Source: Rhizaria sp. SCN 62-66 (Eukaryota). From it: a DNA stretch of 36,989 nucleotides. The notes under the pieces were generated by a model. That model had not been told where the DNA came from and did not search any database. It worked only from the letters and a program-made list of their open reading frames with translations. Position 1 is the first letter of the stretch; each line of letters starts with the position of its first letter. This document shows, one piece after another, positions 33,977 to 36,989 of the stretch. The translations under genes and the position numbers were made by a program. The stretch spans positions 1 to 36,989 of the forward strand of contig MEDY01000408.1 in NCBI GenBank assembly GCA_001724265.1, read 5' to 3'.

Positions 33977-36900
33977 ATGCGCGCGACCACTTGCGCCGTG
34001 TGGGCACTCAACGCTCTCGTGTTGTTGTTCTTTATAACGATGGCATTTGCGACTCACTCAAGCTCTACTGTGGCTGCCACCGCCGCTGTCACCGTGACCG
34101 CGACTGCCACTTCCACTGACGACAGTCCCAGTTTCTCAAGCTCTGACTCGTCTCACAACGCTGTAGTCAGTTCCCATGAGGCCTCGTACTCTGCCTCCGC
34201 GCTCTCCACTGCGTTCCCCTTTGACTTAAGCTCGCCGTCTCGCATTCACACGTACGTGACCTTCGTGAACAGCATTGCCCAAAATGCAACAATGCGCAAC
34301 AGCTTGCTCAATAACCCTAAAAACCTGCCGCCGAGCATGTGGCGCGCGCTTGCGACTAAGCTTGGCGAGCCTCTCGACGGTCTCCCGCCGCAATTTATGC
34401 CTGGAATGCCCGACAAGACCCCAGAGCAGGCGGTCGCACTCGAAGTTGAGCGCGTGAATGCTGCAAGTGACGACCGCTTTGCCCTCCTCCGCGCTCACGC
34501 TGTCGACCACAAAGTTAGCAGCGGTGGTGTCTTTGCATATAATGGCGTCATTGCGAATAATCACTCCCCTGACAGCGGCATCAGCCCTAGCACCGGTGCA
34601 TTCGCCTCCGCGGCCGTGTCGCCTTATCAGCAGGGTGCGTCCTCGCTTGGTGCACAAGTTCAAGCGGCTAGTGGTGGTTATATCTACGCGGCGCGCGTTG
34701 TTTCGGCGGTAGAATATAGGGACGCAAGTGTAGCGACTGTGGACATCTATCGTTATTACGCCGCCGAGCACTTGATCTCACTCTCGTGCACGAGCTGCTC
34801 CAGCTTTACCTTCGACGGCCTATGGGCCTTGTTTCTCGAGCCGGTAAATTACTGGGTTGACAACTGCGCTTCAGCTGTGACGCATTCCTCATAGTGTTAT
34901 GATTACATTTGTTTCACCACCGGGGTTGCCGCAAGCGGATGCCCAGCGACTCAAACCCACGCAACAACAATCTGGACGTCGTTCGTCGGTGGCGGTTACG
35001 CAAGTACAGATAACTTTACTAAGGCGGGCTGCACGGCGACCGACTCGCGCTTTGCAGCGTACCACTCCTCTACCGTGGCCACTTCGTTTTACATTGGCTC
35101 GTCGTTTCCGACTCTGGCAACATCCCCATTAACGTTTTATGACCCTTTTCAGCTCTCTGTTGCAGTCACCAGCATAGGCTCACCAAGGACAGGCACCGAA
35201 ACGTCGTTTGTGCTCGAATTGAGCATGCGAAACTTTAACTCGCGCTCGTTAGCTGATGTTAAAGCTGCACACTTAGCTGCCACGGCGTACTACACTTACA
35301 GTGCAAGCATTGTTGATATTGAGATTGATATCACAACATCTCTTGGTGCAATTGTCACTGATTTAAGTTATATCACAACCGGAAGTACCTATTTGCCTTT
35401 TTCTTCGCCCTTAACCGAATCTAACGAAGCAACAATTAGCTCGATTGCACTCCGAGAGAAGCGCAGCAACACATAGTATGTATTCAGGCTGAATCTCGGC
35501 TACGCCTTTTTTAACCACAATGCCGCAAACTCCCTCACATTACGGTTTCTTGCCACAACGAGCAGCTCTCTTTCCTCGTACTCGTCGGCTAACCTGATCG
35601 TTTCCTCACGGCCTTCTACGTACTATACGTACAGCAATTATCTTTATTGGGACTTCTTTGGCTGCGGCAATAGTGTTGCAAGCACGAAGATCTATACGCC
35701 AACGCAGTTAGCGTTTACAGTTGTAGGAACAACGCGAACAGGCTCATCAGGGTCGAATAATTTGCTCACAACCTCGTTTTCTACTTGGGTTGGTGCCGGT
35801 GTAGAGTCGCTTTTCAGTAGCGTTGGTGGCGTCCGTGGCACTGTTCGCTTCTGTGATAGCTCGCCAGTGCTCTTTTCGACGAGTTCAACTATTATCAACT
35901 CTGGTTGCTTGACTGTATTAGCTGTTACGACACGTTTAGTCTTTACATGTACTACAGCTGGTGTTTTGGGCGTAGGCAAGGTTTAGCTTAACATTACAGA
36001 CGTGCAGTCGCCAATGAGCACCGCCACGCCTTCAATCCCCGGATATTGCCTTATGATCCATCTCACATCGCAGTCGACCTCGGGCGTCCCCGTCACCGTA
36101 GCGACATCGCTATCGGCAGCCATTGTTGCGAGTATGCAGACAATGACCTACAGCTATTCTCCTTCTTCGTTGGTGCTCACTCCTGTGTCAACTGACTACA
36201 CACAGGTTGTTTCGACGTTTAGCGGTATCTTTAATATTGAAGCTGGTGAAACCCTGACCACTTCTTCCTCTCTCACGTTTACCACAGCGCTGACGTCATT
36301 TGACTTTTCGTCGACCACCGCCACAAGCGGCTGCACAGTCGCCAGCGCCGCGAGCAACCAGCTGGTGATTCGGCCCACCGCGACCACGGCTTCCGGCTCA
36401 TATATTAATTGTGTTCTCGCCAACATGCGTGTTGTGTTCGCCAACGCGGCCTCGCGTGTGTTGTCCTTTGATCCCTACATTATCAGTAAGGACGCACTGA
36501 AGCTCACGTCGCCCTCGATTACCTCAGGCATCTCAGCTTCCTCTGATCTCACAATTCGTGCCAGTGATACTGCTGCTTACTGGTGGCATATGACACCAAT
36601 TGACCGCGTTCTAGTTCAAGGAACAGTTCTGGCCACGACACGCCTGCTGCAAGTGAATATGCGCATTTACTTTTATGCTACGAACCCCGGTGGTAGTGCC
36701 ATCTCGTACACGGTGTCTTCGTCGTGCAGCGATATCTCAATCGTAACGGCTTCAAGCTCCGTCACATCGTCGGGCGACTACCGCGTAACACAAGGCACGG
36801 CGACATCGATCACATTTGATGTCACCAGCTCAACACGCTACTCGCTGGACCTGTCGTGCTTTAGTATGGGGTCGATCACCCGGGCTGTAAGCGCAGTGCA

Positions 36901-36989
36901 GGCCGTCTCAGCATACTCTCGCCAGCTCGATTTTGTGTTTTACCCTGTTAGCGCGAGTCTTAGCTCCGGAATTGACCTCAGCGTAACGA
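33977..36989 (+). CDS. Large secreted or surface protein (>=1004 codons, 3'-partial) with three in-frame TAG codons; shares a repeat type with the giant receptor
   Basis: ATG at 33977 gives the signal-like MRATTCAVWALNALVLLFFITMAFA. Track ORFs 33791-34894, 35075-35476 and 35762-35986 are all in one frame. Manual translation from the ATG to the window end finds only TAG at 34892, 35474 and 35984, with no TAA or TGA and uniform Ser/Thr-rich beta-type composition. Confidence 0.8.

Noticed and set aside
34892-34894. Pyrrolysine, or A-to-I editing of UAG to UGG (Trp)
   Set aside because: Pyrrolysine is not known from eukaryotic nuclear genes, and no pyl genes are present here. The aligned positions look polar and exposed, which fits Trp poorly, though editing is not formally excluded.
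35476-35565. Possible 90-nt intron (GTATGT...GCAG) removing the TAG at 35474; similar 3n candidates exist at the other TAGs
   Set aside because: Not excluded for this site, since the donor is good. But all four sites would need 3n introns containing only TAG and reading as beta-strand protein, so it is less parsimonious. RNA-seq would decide.
33977-36989. Pseudogene interpretation
   Set aside because: Not preferred: three lesions that are all TAG, with no TAA, TGA or indel in 1004 codons. It remains a formal alternative, especially given the frame break in the neighbouring gene.
1-36989. CRISPR arrays, transposons or prokaryotic defence systems
   Set aside because: None seen: no spaced direct repeats, terminal repeats, or transposase/RT motifs. 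The DNA is eukaryotic (spliceosomal intron, eS1).

Overview
Gene-dense, intron-poor eukaryotic (protist-like) nuclear DNA, with GC-rich coding regions and AT-richer spacers. It holds four genes. (1) A divergent 40S ribosomal protein eS1/S3a on the minus strand, with one 225-nt GT-AG intron, running off the left edge. (2) A PQ-loop (PQLC2/Ypq-like) lysosomal transporter with a very long low-complexity loop. (3) An apparently intronless ~27.3 kb gene for a ~9,090-aa surface receptor: signal peptide, Cys-paired beta-sandwich repeats, beta-propeller-like blocks, 8 Sushi, EGF-Ca, IPT/TIG, Cys-rich repeats and a ~9-TM C-terminus. The ORF track splits it into three pieces. (4) The 5' part of a second large secreted or surface protein, apparently related to (3), running off the right edge. 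Main finding: genes 3 and 4 together contain four in-frame stop codons, all TAG (5095, 34892, 35474, 35984). Coding-like sequence continues in frame past each one, while the two visible gene ends use TGA and TAA. This points to a nuclear genetic code in which UAG alone is a rare sense codon (context favours a polar residue such as Gln), or to UAG-specific readthrough or editing. Gene 3 also has a single +1 frame discontinuity near 27165.
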